Of a stretch of 64,000 nt of DNA, positions 26,976 to 34,564 are shown piece by piece. Positions within the stretch are counted from its first letter, which is position 1. Each line of letters starts with the position of its first letter. The position numbers and the translations under genes are program-made. The notes beneath the pieces were generated by a model that saw only the letters and a list, made by a program, of their open reading frames with translations, had not been told where the DNA came from and did not search any database. Source of the DNA: a virus (lineage: Duplodnaviria; Heunggongvirae; Uroviricota; Caudoviricetes); the IMG/VR virus record IMGVR_UViG_2920292642_000002, positions 19,431-83,430 of that record; one strand, written 5' to 3'.

Positions 26976-27060
26976 AAAATTTAACTGTCTCGATTAATCG
27001 AGCCGCAACTTGTCCTTGCTACAACCGCTGTGCTGATCACAACACCACGAGGCAACAGAC

Positions 27061-27243
27061 ATGATGAAACTGCTGAAGCGCTTCCAGAGCGATGAGTCTG
27101 GAGCAACTGCAATCGAATACGGCCTGATCGCTGCTTTGATCGCGCTGGCGATCGTCGTCGGCGCTGGCGCACTCGGCGAGAACCTGAACGCCAAGTTTCA
27201 GGCAATCAGTGACCAGTTGGCGGGTACGCCGGAGGGAGAATAG
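27061..27243 (+). CDS. flp: Flp/Fap-family type IVb (Tad) pilin precursor (60 aa)
   Basis: prepilin signature KRFQSDESGATAIEYGLIAALIALAIVV matching the Flp motif; own terminator follows. Confidence 0.75.
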   Translation: MMKLLKRFQSDESGATAIEYGLIAALIALAIVVGAGALGENLNAKFQAISDQLAGTPEGE

Positions 27244-27282
27244 AGTTCCTTGTCCGCGTTACAGCAACGACAAGCAACTGAC

Positions 27283-27310
27283 CGCCCTCCGGGGCGGTTT
27301 TTTTTTTTTG
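27283..27310 (+). terminator. rho-independent terminator of flp-like gene
   Basis: CCGCCCTCCGGGGCGG hairpin followed by T11. Confidence 0.65.
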
Positions 27311-27386
27311 GTGGAGACGGTGAGAATCGAACTCACAACAGCCTGCTTGCAAGGCGGGCTCGCTAACCCTTAGAACATGCGTCCCC
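27309..27386 (-). tRNA. tRNA-like, probably Ala(TGC); D-arm unclear
   Basis: T-arm GTGAG-TTCGATT-CTCAC, acceptor GGGGACG/CGTCTCC, loop CTTGCAA. Confidence 0.4.
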
Positions 27387-27563
27387 AAACTCTGAAAAAT
27401 GATCCGGCAGGCGGGCGAGTGTCCCCGCGTCATCTCCCCGGCTAGACAGCACCGAGGTTTTGCAGCCACGCCTTGTCTAAGGGCGGGTCGCTATGTCCGG
27501 AAGGTCACGTTATTCCACGCCAGACCATCCGCTGCTCGTCGCGTTCTGAGCTACTGCCGAAAC

Positions 27564-27640
27564 TGGACCTTCCGGCTGGGATCGAACCAGCGCCCTCCAG
27601 CTTCGGAGGCCGGCGCTCTTGTCCGCTGAGCTACGGAAGG
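27564..27640 (-). tRNA. tRNA-Arg(CCG)
   Basis: manual fold: anticodon arm CCGGC-CTCCGAA-GCTGG? with T-arm GCTGG-TTCGATC-CCAGC, acceptor CCTTCCG/CGGAAGG. Confidence 0.55.
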
Positions 27641-27643
27641 AAT

Positions 27644-27718
27644 TGGAGCGGGTAGCGAGGGTCGAACTCGCGCCTCTAGGCTGGCAACCTAGTGCTCTAC
27701 CAACTGAGCTATACCTGC
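27644..27718 (-). tRNA. tRNA-Gly(GCC)
   Basis: manual fold: anticodon arm CTAGG-TTGCCAG-CCTAG, D-arm GCTC-AGTTGGTA-GAGC, T-arm GCGAG-TTCGACC-CTCGC. Confidence 0.6.
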
Positions 27719-27905
27719 AATTTCGCGGGGTGGGGCTCAGGTCATCACTCCTGTCCCCTGAGCGGGTGATGATCCGGTTTGGGGCCGGTCCCTCTCCCCC
27801 TGCTCGGAGAGCCCGAAGGCTCAATCCTTGGAAACTCTCGACAGGGGTCACCTGTCGCTAGGCAAGGCTCTGAAGGTTGACGAGACCTTCGCCCTTGCGT
27901 GCCTA

Positions 27906-27983
27906 TGGCCTCCCCGGAGAGATTCGAACTCCCGACACGGGAGGTAGAAGCTCCCTGCTCTAGGTCCACTGAGCTACGGAGAG
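27906..27983 (-). tRNA. tRNA-Arg(TCT)
   Basis: manual fold: anticodon arm GGGAG-CTTCTAC-CTCCC, T-arm GGGAG-TTCGAAT-CTCTC. Confidence 0.55.
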
Positions 27984-28431
27984 GAGATCGCTTTTGGAGG
28001 GAGGCCAGCAGGCCATCGTTAGATGGAGTGTCAACACAACGGAGTCGCAAGACTTGCCGAAGCTGCCGACCTCCCGCCAAAGGCGATCTAGGTGCCGAAA
28101 GCGTGAGACTACCGCTTTCGATGACGACCTTCCCGCATTATCCGACGCCTTGCGAGCGTGGTTCTCGGGATGTCCACGCCGAGCATATTGCTATGTCTCG
28201 ACGTATTCGTCAATGCCGCCTTTTTTAGCGCGTGGCGTTTCGCGCGTCGCTGCGTGCTATTCGGCGTCTCGTCGACCGTGAGCCTTGCGGGCTCTTCGCG
28301 GCTGCTACACCGCTACGATCTCTTCCTCACCGACACCCTCCAGCTTGCGACCTTCAGGTGACCCAGTTCCCCGCAGGGCTGGGCATTAGGCATCTTTCAC
28401 ACGCAACCGGGACAGGCTTTGCGTTTTGTTA

Positions 28432-28506
28432 TCGTGAGGCCGGATTTGAACCGGCGACCGATGGCTTAGAGGGCCATTGCGCTACCAACTGCGCTACTCG
28501 CAACCC
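28432..28506 (-). tRNA. tRNA-like (anticodon loop CCTCTAA, TCT with C33; no encoded CCA) - possible pseudo-tRNA
   Basis: T-arm GCCGG-TTCAAAT-CCGGC, D-arm GCGC-AGTTGGTA-GCGC, acceptor with mismatch. Confidence 0.35.
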
Positions 28507-29061
28507 ACCGAGACGTGCTGCCCCAGTTGCTCCAAGCCCTTTTGGGACCCAGAATACAACACGCCTGCTGCTACCTTTCGCGCTGCTAACGCTACTCGAT
28601 CATGCTTCGAGATCACGGGTCATTTCAGCCCGAGACCTTGCCACATTGCCAGACGCCCTCGGCCGCTAAGCCTCGAACCTTCTGACTACCCTTCATCATC
28701 GGCCATCGATCAGTTTGCGTGCCGGGCGCGCTTTGCGAGCGCTTGAGGGCCACCATCGGCTACCCTCTTATCCAACCTTGCGGGTCGGACCCTGCCTGAT
28801 CTTCGGGCCTAGCCCACCTTCCGGTAAGCCGGGTGTCCCCGTGACTGGGCTTGCATGGCTGGACGCGGTTACCCGCGTGGAGGTTTATGGGAAACCCTCC
28901 TTTGGGCCGGTTGCCCGGCTTACCCTGACGACGCCATGCCGCCAAACTCTGCTCCGGTTCTCGTCGCCGATCGCCGTCGCCTTGTTGTCCTCTAACTACT
29001 TCACGACTGCGCCGCCCGTCAAGCATTAATTTGCAATCGTGTTAAGATTTTTTCGACATAC

Positions 29062-29141
29062 TGGAGCGCACGGCAGGGGTCGAACCTGCATCTTCCTCCA
29101 TTACCTTACTCTCGGTTCGTAGCCGAGGGGGTTACGTGCGC
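29062..29141 (-). tRNA. tRNA-Arg(ACG)-like with aberrant architecture (no recognisable D-arm, 21-nt insertion after anticodon arm)
   Basis: perfect acceptor GCGCACG/CGTGCGC, anticodon arm CTCGG-CTACGAA-CCGAG identical to E. coli tRNA-Arg ACG, T-arm GCAGG-TTCGACC-CCTGC. Confidence 0.4.
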
Positions 29142-29146
29142 ATAAA

Positions 29147-29222
29147 TGGCGAGCCATAAGGGAGTCGAACCCTCCTTCTCCGATCGACAGTCGGAGCCCT
29201 TCACCACGACGGGAAATGGCCC
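29147..29222 (-). tRNA. tRNA-Asp(GTC)
   Basis: manual fold: anticodon arm TCCGA-CTGTCGA-TCGGA, T-arm GAGGG-TTCGACT-CCCTT, CCA encoded. Confidence 0.6.
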
Positions 29223-29230
29223 ATTGAAAA

Positions 29231-29305
29231 TGGAACTGGGAGCCCGGCTCGAACGGGCGATTCCGGGGACACAACCCGGCCGGTTACCTCTACCGTCATC
29301 CCAGC
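29231..29305 (-). tRNA. tRNA-His(GTG)
   Basis: manual fold: anticodon arm CCGGG-TTGTGTC-CCCGG, T-arm GCCCG-TTCGAGC-CGGGC. Confidence 0.6.
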
Positions 29306-29313
29306 ATAGTGTT

Positions 29314-29388
29314 TGGAGCGGACTGCCGGGATCGAACCGGCCTTGGGAGATTGGAAGCCTCTTAACTCACCGAGAGCAAGCCCGCATG
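29314..29388 (-). tRNA. tRNA-like, probably Gly(TCC); short D-arm
   Basis: T-arm GCCGG-TTCGATC-CCGGC, acceptor GCGGGCT/AGTCCGC, loop CTTCCAA. Confidence 0.4.
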
Positions 29389-29400
29389 TCTGGTACGCCT

Positions 29401-29482
29401 AGCAGGACTTGAACCTGCACGCCGAAGCACGGGCATCTCAGTCCCGCGTGTCTACCTTTCCACCATAGGCGCATGTTTGTTT
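29401..29482 (-). tRNA. tRNA-Leu(GAG), class II
   Basis: loop CTGAGAT, variable hairpin TGCTTCGGCGT, T-arm GCAGG-TTCAAGT-CCTGC. Confidence 0.5.
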
Positions 29483-29621
29483 GGCGGGGCCGAACACCTG
29501 TCGACCCGATCCGGACGCGATCCCGGACCCTGCACGATTACCCTCTCGCCGATCGCGCGGCCGTTCATGACCGGCCTTTGTTCTCGGGCGATTTTGATGA
29601 AGAGAGTCGCCGTCGCCAATC

Positions 29622-29704
29622 TGGTGTCCGAGGGGAGACTTGAACTCCCACGCCGAAGCTCTGCGGTCTGAGCGCAGTGCGTCTTCCGATTCCGCCACTC
29701 GGAC
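29622..29704 (-). tRNA. tRNA-Leu(CAG), class II
   Basis: anticodon arm CTGCG-CTCAGAC-CGCAG, variable AGCTTCGGCGT, T-arm GGGAG-TTCAAGT-CTCCC. Confidence 0.6.
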
Positions 29705-29710
29705 ATGTCT

Positions 29711-29820
29711 GGTGGAGTGTGACCGGATTTTTACCGGAGCCCATAGGGACAGGTGTACGGCCTGTTCGGGATAGGCAGTCCCGCTCGCAGACCTCTAGCG
29801 GTCCGCTTAATCACAACTCC
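29711..29820 (-). ncRNA. unresolved 110-nt tRNA-like RNA (acceptor-like ends GGAGTTGTG...CACACTCCACCA, multiple internal hairpins; no canonical T-loop)
   Basis: encoded CCA tail and terminal helix but atypical internal structure. Confidence 0.3.
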
Positions 29821-29825
29821 ATAGA

Positions 29826-29904
29826 TGGTGCCTCGCCCCGGATTCGAACCGGGAGGATGTCGCCGGGTTTGAGCCGACCGCGTCTTCCGTTCCGCCAGCA
29901 AGGC
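29826..29904 (-). tRNA. tRNA-Leu(CAA)
   Basis: anticodon arm GTCGG-CTCAAAC-CCGGC, T-arm CCCGG-TTCGAAT-CCGGG. Confidence 0.55.
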
Positions 29905-29960
29905 ATTGATACGTTTAGAGGTATAGAGCGCGCGGCTCTATACGTCTAAAGGTATCAGAT

Positions 29961-30035
29961 CGTGGCAAAGGCTGAGAGATTCGAACTCCCGCCGCAGGGT
30001 TTTGGAGACCCGCATGCTACCGCTACAACAAGCCG
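29961..30035 (-). tRNA. tRNA-Trp(CCA)-like; two mismatches in acceptor stem
   Basis: anticodon loop CTCCAAA as in E. coli tRNA-Trp, T-arm GGGAG-TTCGAAT-CTCTC. Confidence 0.45.
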
Positions 30036-30556
30036 ATCCACGAGCCCCGGCCGGACGGATTCCCGGCCGGGGTTTCTGATGTCATCATTCCTACGATGTC
30101 AAAGAACGGGACCCTAACTAAGGTCCAAATGCAAGAAGGCCCCGGAGATTTCTCGCCGGGGCCTTCTGATCGATCCGAGGATGGTACTGTTAGAATACAG
30201 TACCTCCGTCGCCAGAAGACCCCATGATACCGAACAGATTGGTATCAAGCAGACGCAAGGAGGCGCGGCGCGACTGCGCCGTCCCACTCGTCATTTGATG
30301 CCAATACTGCTGTTTCACAGCGGTCTTCCTTGTTCACGTCCCTCAGGAGAGCGGATATCCGCTGGTCGACTCCGAGGGCTCATTCCGAAATTCTGTTGCG
30401 GTCCCCATACGGTGAACCTGAGAGCGGCGTCAGCCAAGCTCAGCGCGAATGATGAACAATCCTGAGACGTTTGTCAAGCAAGAAAATCATCCGTCTCAAG
30501 AAAAAGTTTACATCGGAAAAGGTTGACGATCGAGTCACGAGGGCTAGATGTCGGGC

Positions 30557-30676
30557 TGTTACGAAGTCGGAGCATGGTGCTCTGATCATTTTTGAGAGGG
30601 AGCAATCTCAAGAGTGAAAGTGGACTCTTCCCAGACTTGACCATGAGTCTAGCCCGCTTCGGCGGGCTTCTTTTTT
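30557..30676 (+). ncRNA. candidate small RNA (promoter-like TTGACG-N17-TAGATG upstream, strong terminator at 3' end)
   Basis: no credible ORF; hairpin GCCCGCTTCGGCGGGC followed by TTCTTTTTT at 30653-30676. Confidence 0.25.
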
Positions 30677-30679
30677 GGA

Positions 30680-30754
30680 TGGCAGCCCATGACGGTTTCG
30701 ATCCGTCTTCTCCTGATTGAGAATCAGGTGTCCTATCCACTAGACGAATGGGCC
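30680..30754 (-). tRNA. tRNA-Glu(CTC); T-loop ATCGAAA (A54)
   Basis: anticodon arm CCTGA-TTCTCAA-TCAGG, D-arm GTC-TAGTGGATAG-GAC, CCA encoded. Confidence 0.55.
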
Positions 30755-30758
30755 AAAT

Positions 30759-30837
30759 TGGTCGGGCGGACGGGGCTCGAACCCGCATCGCAACGCTTGA
30801 AAGGCGCGCCACCTAGTCCAGTTTAGAAGGACCGCCC
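30759..30837 (-). tRNA. tRNA-Glu(TTC)-like; weak anticodon stem
   Basis: perfect acceptor CGGGCGG/CCGCCCG, loop CTTTCAA, T-arm GCGGG-TTCGAGC-CCCGT. Confidence 0.5.
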
Positions 30838-30914
30838 GTGGTCCTCGACCGTGGTTTCGATCCACGTGCCTCCGGCGTGTCGTGCCGGCGCTCTCCCGAG
30901 TGAGCTAGTCGAGG
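30838..30914 (-). tRNA. tRNA-Val(GAC)-like with C33 (loop ACGACAC); abuts previous tRNA
   Basis: anticodon stem CCGGC/GCCGG, T-arm CGTGG-ATCGAAA-CCACG, acceptor CCTCGAC/GTCGAGG. Confidence 0.45.
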
Positions 30915-30915
30915 T

Positions 30916-30991
30916 TGGTTGACCCTGCCGGTTTCGATCCGGCTGCCTCCTGTGTGTAAGACAGGCGCTCTCCCGAGTGAGCTAAGGGTCT
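30916..30991 (-). tRNA. tRNA-Val(TAC); 1-72 mismatch
   Basis: anticodon arm CCTGT-CTTACAC-ACAGG, T-arm GCCGG-ATCGAAA-CCGGC. Confidence 0.55.
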
Positions 30992-30995
30992 GAAC

Positions 30996-31069
30996 TGGTT
31001 GTCCCACTGAGAATCGAACTCAGATCAACCGCTTATCAAGCGGACGCTCTACCGTTGAGCTATGGGACG
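30996..31069 (-). tRNA. tRNA-Ile(GAT); C1-A72 mismatch
   Basis: loop TTGATAA, D-arm GCTC-AACGGTA-GAGC, T-arm CTGAG-TTCGATT-CTCAG. Confidence 0.55.
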
Positions 31070-31110
31070 ACACCGGGCCGAGGCTTGCGCCCCGACCCGA
31101 TGGGGCTTGT

Positions 31111-31185
31111 TGGTCTGGGTGCGGAGTTCCGCCCTCCGGCATCCGGCTTCCAAGGCCGGTACTCTTCTGCACGAGCTTCACCCAG
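31111..31185 (-). tRNA. tRNA-Pro(TGG)-like with non-canonical D- and T-loops
   Basis: perfect acceptor CTGGGTG/CACCCAG, anticodon arm CCGGC-CTTGGAA-GCCGG, T-loop GGCGGAA. Confidence 0.4.
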
Positions 31186-31195
31186 TTATCAGGCA

Positions 31196-31240
31196 AAAAA
31201 GAAGGCCCGGTTTTCACCGGGCCTTTGAAGTTGCCAACAG
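31196..31240. terminator. bidirectional hairpin terminator
   Basis: GGCCCGGTTTTCACCGGGCC flanked by AAAAAAGAA and TTTGAAG. Confidence 0.5.
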
Positions 31241-31352
31241 AACTCTTGATTGGTTCAGTCGCGCAATACCTTCCGGCCCGATTCCTCGGTCGGTTCAATG
31301 ATCTCCACGACGGGGACGATCAGGTTGCGCACTGGTGTTCTCCTAACGAAAT

Positions 31353-31431
31353 TGGTTGCGGCGGCTGGATTTGAACCAGCGATCTTCTGGTTATGAACCA
31401 AACGAGATTGACCGGGCTTCTCTACACCGCA
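31353..31431 (-). tRNA. tRNA-Met(CAT) (second CAU tRNA; Met/Ile2 unresolved)
   Basis: loop TTCATAA, D-arm GAGA-AGCCCGGTCAA-TCTC, T-arm GCTGG-TTCAAAT-CCAGC, CCA encoded. Confidence 0.5.
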
Positions 31432-31515
31432 TCAGTCGGAGCGAACTCTCTCACAGGTCGGAGGTTGTGTCAACTCTTTTTTAGCGGCTCAATAAACTTT
31501 TTCTGGACACACAAA

Positions 31516-31545
31516 AGCCGGCGAGGGTGTCGCCGGCTTCTTTAG
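31516..31545 (-). terminator. rho-independent terminator of band-7 operon
   Basis: GCCGGCGACACCCTCGCCGGC hairpin then TTTTGTGTG on minus strand. Confidence 0.55.
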
Positions 31546-31562
31546 TGAGGGTTGAGTGCAGA

Positions 31563-32414
31563 TCAGTTCGGAGAGAGATTGACGAACGGCAGGGCTCCGC
31601 CCGGCACCATGGTGGCCGGAAGCTGGCCGTTCCACGTCTCCACCTTCACGAGATCGATGACAGTCGGATTGTCGCGCAGCGCCTTGCCGCGTGCCGCGAT
31701 CGCCGAGGCGTCGGCGTCGCCCTTCAGTCGGATCGCATCGGCATCGGCCTGCGCCTTCTTACGAATCGCGTCGGCATCAGCCTGCGCCTTGGCGACCGTA
31801 ATCTCGTTGCGTTCGGCCTCCTGCTTCTTCTCCTGCTTGAGGCGTTCGACCTCATTCTCGGCGAGCATGCGCTTCTCGATCGACTTCTCGTAAGCGTCGG
31901 AGAAGTTGACATCCTCGATCTGAACCGACTCGATCAGGATGGGGCCGGCGATGTTCTCGGTCATGGCCTTGGCGACTTCGACGCCGAGACGTTCGCGCTC
32001 GGTGATGGCGGTCGCGGCCGTGAACGTGCCCATGACCTCCTTCAGTTCCTTCTTCACACGTCGGTCGACGAGTCGCGTCAGGACGCCCTCCTCGCCGCCA
32101 TATTCGGAATAAATCTGCGCGATCTTGTCAGCCGCGAGCTTGTAGGTGACCGACACCGTCATCGTCGCCGCCTGTCGGTCGGCCGAATAGAAGGGCTCGT
32201 CCTGATAAAGCCGCGAGTTGGTCCGGATGGAAATCGACTTGACGCTGTCGACCAGCGGGGTGATGAAGTTCATACCCGGCTCGGCGATCGACGAGTACGC
32301 ACCGTTGCGCAGGACCACGCCGCGCTCGCCCTCATCGATCGTCTCGATACTGAGGAGCGCGCCGAACATAACGACCACTGCGATCGTCCCAATTGCTGCA
32401 AAAATTCCCTTCAT
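31563..32414 (-). CDS. SPFH/band-7 (prohibitin/HflK-like) membrane protein with C-terminal coiled-coil
   Basis: N-terminal TM, SPFH core (GVVLRNGAYSSIAEPGMNFITPLVDSV...), repeated KKAQADADAIR coiled coil. Confidence 0.8.
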   Translation of the reverse strand: MKGIFAAIGTIAVVVMFGALLSIETIDEGERGVVLRNGAYSSIAEPGMNFITPLVDSVKSISIRTNSRLYQDEPFYSADRQAATMTVSVTYKLAADKIAQIYSEYGGEEGVLTRLVDRRVKKELKEVMGTFTAATAITERERLGVEVAKAMTENIAGPILIESVQIEDVNFSDAYEKSIEKRMLAENEVERLKQEKKQEAERNEITVAKAQADADAIRKKAQADADAIRLKGDADASAIAARGKALRDNPTVIDLVKVETWNGQLPATMVPGGALPFVNLSPN

Positions 32415-32415
32415 G

Positions 32416-32520
32416 CTATTTCCTTTTTCCCTTCTTCACAGTTACGTTCTCGACGACCCAGTAGACGCCGAATGCTACGAGCGCGACGAGGACGGCCGCG
32501 CCCAGTATTTTCAGTCCCAT
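32416..32520 (-). CDS. small membrane peptide (34 aa, MGLKILGAAVLVALVAFGVYWVVENVTVKKGKRK)
   Basis: C-terminal part of ORF 32416..32715; immediately upstream of band-7 gene. Confidence 0.35.
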   Translation of the reverse strand: MGLKILGAAVLVALVAFGVYWVVENVTVKKGKRK

Positions 32521-32533
32521 GACTTGTCTCCTT

Positions 32534-32812
32534 CTATGAAAGGACTTCCATGACGCCGCCCGGAACCAGACGGAGACGGACGATATTCTCGATCCAGTTG
32601 ACGACCATCTGATCATCAAAATCCAGTCCGGGGAGGACGACGATCCGTTCGCAAGGCAGTGCTTGGAGCCCGCCGAACGTGCCGATCGTCCGCCACTCGG
32701 CTTCCGGCAGGCCAAAGGCCTTGCGGGCGCGGCGGGCGATCAGTTCGGTGCGGCCGACGATGAGTTTGAAGGTGCGGCGGCTCGGGACTTCGATGGGGCG
32801 ATCGAGCGACAT
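32534..32812 (-). CDS. hypothetical protein (92 aa)
   Basis: ORF track. Confidence 0.45.
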   Translation of the reverse strand: MSLDRPIEVPSRRTFKLIVGRTELIARRARKAFGLPEAEWRTIGTFGGLQALPCERIVVLPGLDFDDQMVVNWIENIVRLRLVPGGVMEVLS

Positions 32813-33319
32813 TCAGTCGACTCCCACCACGTCGAGGACATAGCGGACGCCCATGGCAGCGACCTGCAAGGCCTCGGTCTGGGCCATCCGCGTACGTCCT
32901 TCATCGGGCCGCACCAGTTCCCAAAGCTCGTCGACCTCCTCGGCGATGACGCCGTAGGCCTCGAAGCCGGACACCATTGGTTTGTGCTTGAGAGTAGCCT
33001 TCCGGACTTCCTGCTCGACGGCGTCGAGCGCGACCTGAAGATCATCCTCTCCCGGCAGATGGGAGAGCGTGGTGAGATCGAGGACGTAGCGGACCGCCGC
33101 GCCGGACAGGTTGAGGCCATCGTGGAGTGGCTTCGTCGAGGAAGCGGCGGGATCGGTCACGCCCTTCCAAAGCTGCTCCATGGACGCGAAGATATAGGCA
33201 TAGCCCTCATGCGGAGAGTTGAGCACCTTGGCCCGCTCGACCGCGTACGACACCTTCTTCATCACCTTGGCGAGATCGGCGTCCAGCAATTCTGGACACG
33301 CTTTATAGTCTTTGGCCAT
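32813..33319 (-). CDS. hypothetical protein (168 aa)
   Basis: ORF track. Confidence 0.5.
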   Translation of the reverse strand: MAKDYKACPELLDADLAKVMKKVSYAVERAKVLNSPHEGYAYIFASMEQLWKGVTDPAASSTKPLHDGLNLSGAAVRYVLDLTTLSHLPGEDDLQVALDAVEQEVRKATLKHKPMVSGFEAYGVIAEEVDELWELVRPDEGRTRMAQTEALQVAAMGVRYVLDVVGVD

Positions 33320-33623
33320 CCTGCCTCTTCCTCAGACCTTGAAGTTTCGCATGGCGCGATCCTCTAGCTCGCGGATGTGTCGGATCAGTTTGCGGCGCAT
33401 GCGCCACGCCTTGATCTGGCGTGACCCTTCCTGCACCGCACGGATGCAGTGGGAAACGCCTACGCCGAGGCCAAACCCGACTACCGCTGCAAAGATCACG
33501 TCTTCCATATCCGGCTCATTAACCTTACCAAGCGGAAATGTCCAGAGGTTCTTTACAAAAGTTAGGAACGTTTCTTGACAGCATCGGAGGTCAGGTATAG
33601 GTCTCAACGAAAAGGAGTCTCGG

Positions 33624-33854
33624 ATGGATTGGCCGATCGTAGTGAAGACCTTGCGCGCCAGCGCACAGAAGGATGCGTCGCGCTCCGCCGACATGCAGCG
33701 CACCGATCCGGCGTTCGCCATGGAGCTTCATCTTATGTCGCTGCTGTCGAACCGACTGGCGGAGGCTTTCGAGGCCGGGCATGTTGCGGCGGGGGTCGAG
33801 CCGGTTCCCGAGTCCGTGCCGGAAAAGCGCGGCCGGCCGCGCAAGGTCGCTTGA
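33624..33854 (+). CDS. hypothetical protein with AT-hook-like KRGRPRK tail
   Basis: ORF track. Confidence 0.4.
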   Translation: MDWPIVVKTLRASAQKDASRSADMQRTDPAFAMELHLMSLLSNRLAEAFEAGHVAAGVEPVPESVPEKRGRPRKVA

Positions 33855-33865
33855 GGAGGAGTCCG

Positions 33866-34144
33866 ATGCCTAGACATACCTACGAACAGGCACGTACCGA
33901 TCACGAATATCTCTGGGCCTATGGCCCGGCCAACGACATGACCGGTGGGTATGTCGATCAGACTGATTTGGCGAAGCTCTTGAAGAAGCCGACCAAGACG
34001 ACGGCTCGCAATTGCTACATCGACCAGATCGAATACTGGTTCCAAGTCGGTCCGGATCGTAATTTTCAGGGGATGTCGAAGGAATTAATCATCGAGACTG
34101 ATCCCGCCGTCCGCGAAATCGGCGAACGCTATGGGTGCCTCTGA
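33866..34144 (+). CDS. hypothetical protein (92 aa, MPRHTYEQARTDHEYLWAYGP...)
   Basis: internal ATG of ORF 33575..34144 with GAGGAGGAG RBS. Confidence 0.45.
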   Translation: MPRHTYEQARTDHEYLWAYGPANDMTGGYVDQTDLAKLLKKPTKTTARNCYIDQIEYWFQVGPDRNFQGMSKELIIETDPAVREIGERYGCL

Positions 34145-34395
34145 TGAATAATGAGAGACCAGCCACCACTAAGAAGCGATGCCCAAAGTGCCGCTCTCGC
34201 TCCTTCTACATTCACGAGACACAGGAAGTGCACCAGACATGGCGGGTCGAGGGCGGTAACCTCGATCGCACGCCCGGTGACACCATGTTTGGTAGCTTCG
34301 TCGGCGTCTCCGGTGAGTGTTTACACTGTGACCACCGTTGGACATTTCGCGCTCAGCAGATCGACGACTTAGTGACGGAGAACGACGATGGATGA
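34144..34395 (+). CDS. zinc-ribbon protein (CPKC...CLHC)
   Basis: ORF 34135..34395 from ATG 34144 (ATGA coupling). Confidence 0.45.
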   Translation: MNNERPATTKKRCPKCRSRSFYIHETQEVHQTWRVEGGNLDRTPGDTMFGSFVGVSGECLHCDHRWTFRAQQIDDLVTENDDG

Positions 34396-34564
34396 AGCGC
34401 TGATCAGGCTTGTGTCCCTTTGGGACGATGTCGACAACGCTGCCGCGCGCGTCGAAACGTCCTTGCCCTTTCAGATGTCAGAAGCAATCGCCCGGTTGGA
34501 GGAGACCCGCAAGGTCTTTCGGATCGCGCTTCAGAGCTATGCCATGAGCAGGAATAAGCCATGA
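34388..34564 (+). CDS. hypothetical small protein (58 aa, MDEALIRLVSLWDD...)
   Basis: manual translation; ATGA coupling to next gene. Confidence 0.35.
   Translation: MDEALIRLVSLWDDVDNAAARVETSLPFQMSEAIARLEETRKVFRIALQSYAMSRNKP

Noticed and set aside
27206-27469. 87-aa minus-strand ORF and neighbouring ORFs across the tRNA array (27399..29949)
   Set aside because: They run through tRNA genes and terminator hairpins; no RBS.
27390-27560. tRNA or tmRNA in the gap between the Ala-like and Arg(CCG) tRNAs
   Set aside because: It contains a D-arm-like half (TCGGCAG-TA-GCTCAGAACGC) but no T-arm or acceptor partner; probably a tRNA remnant.
30680-30720. Plus-strand tRNA using T-arm GACGG-TTTCGAT-CCGTC
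   Set aside because: The acceptor cannot pair on the plus strand. The minus-strand reading gives a complete tRNA-Glu(CTC) with CCA.
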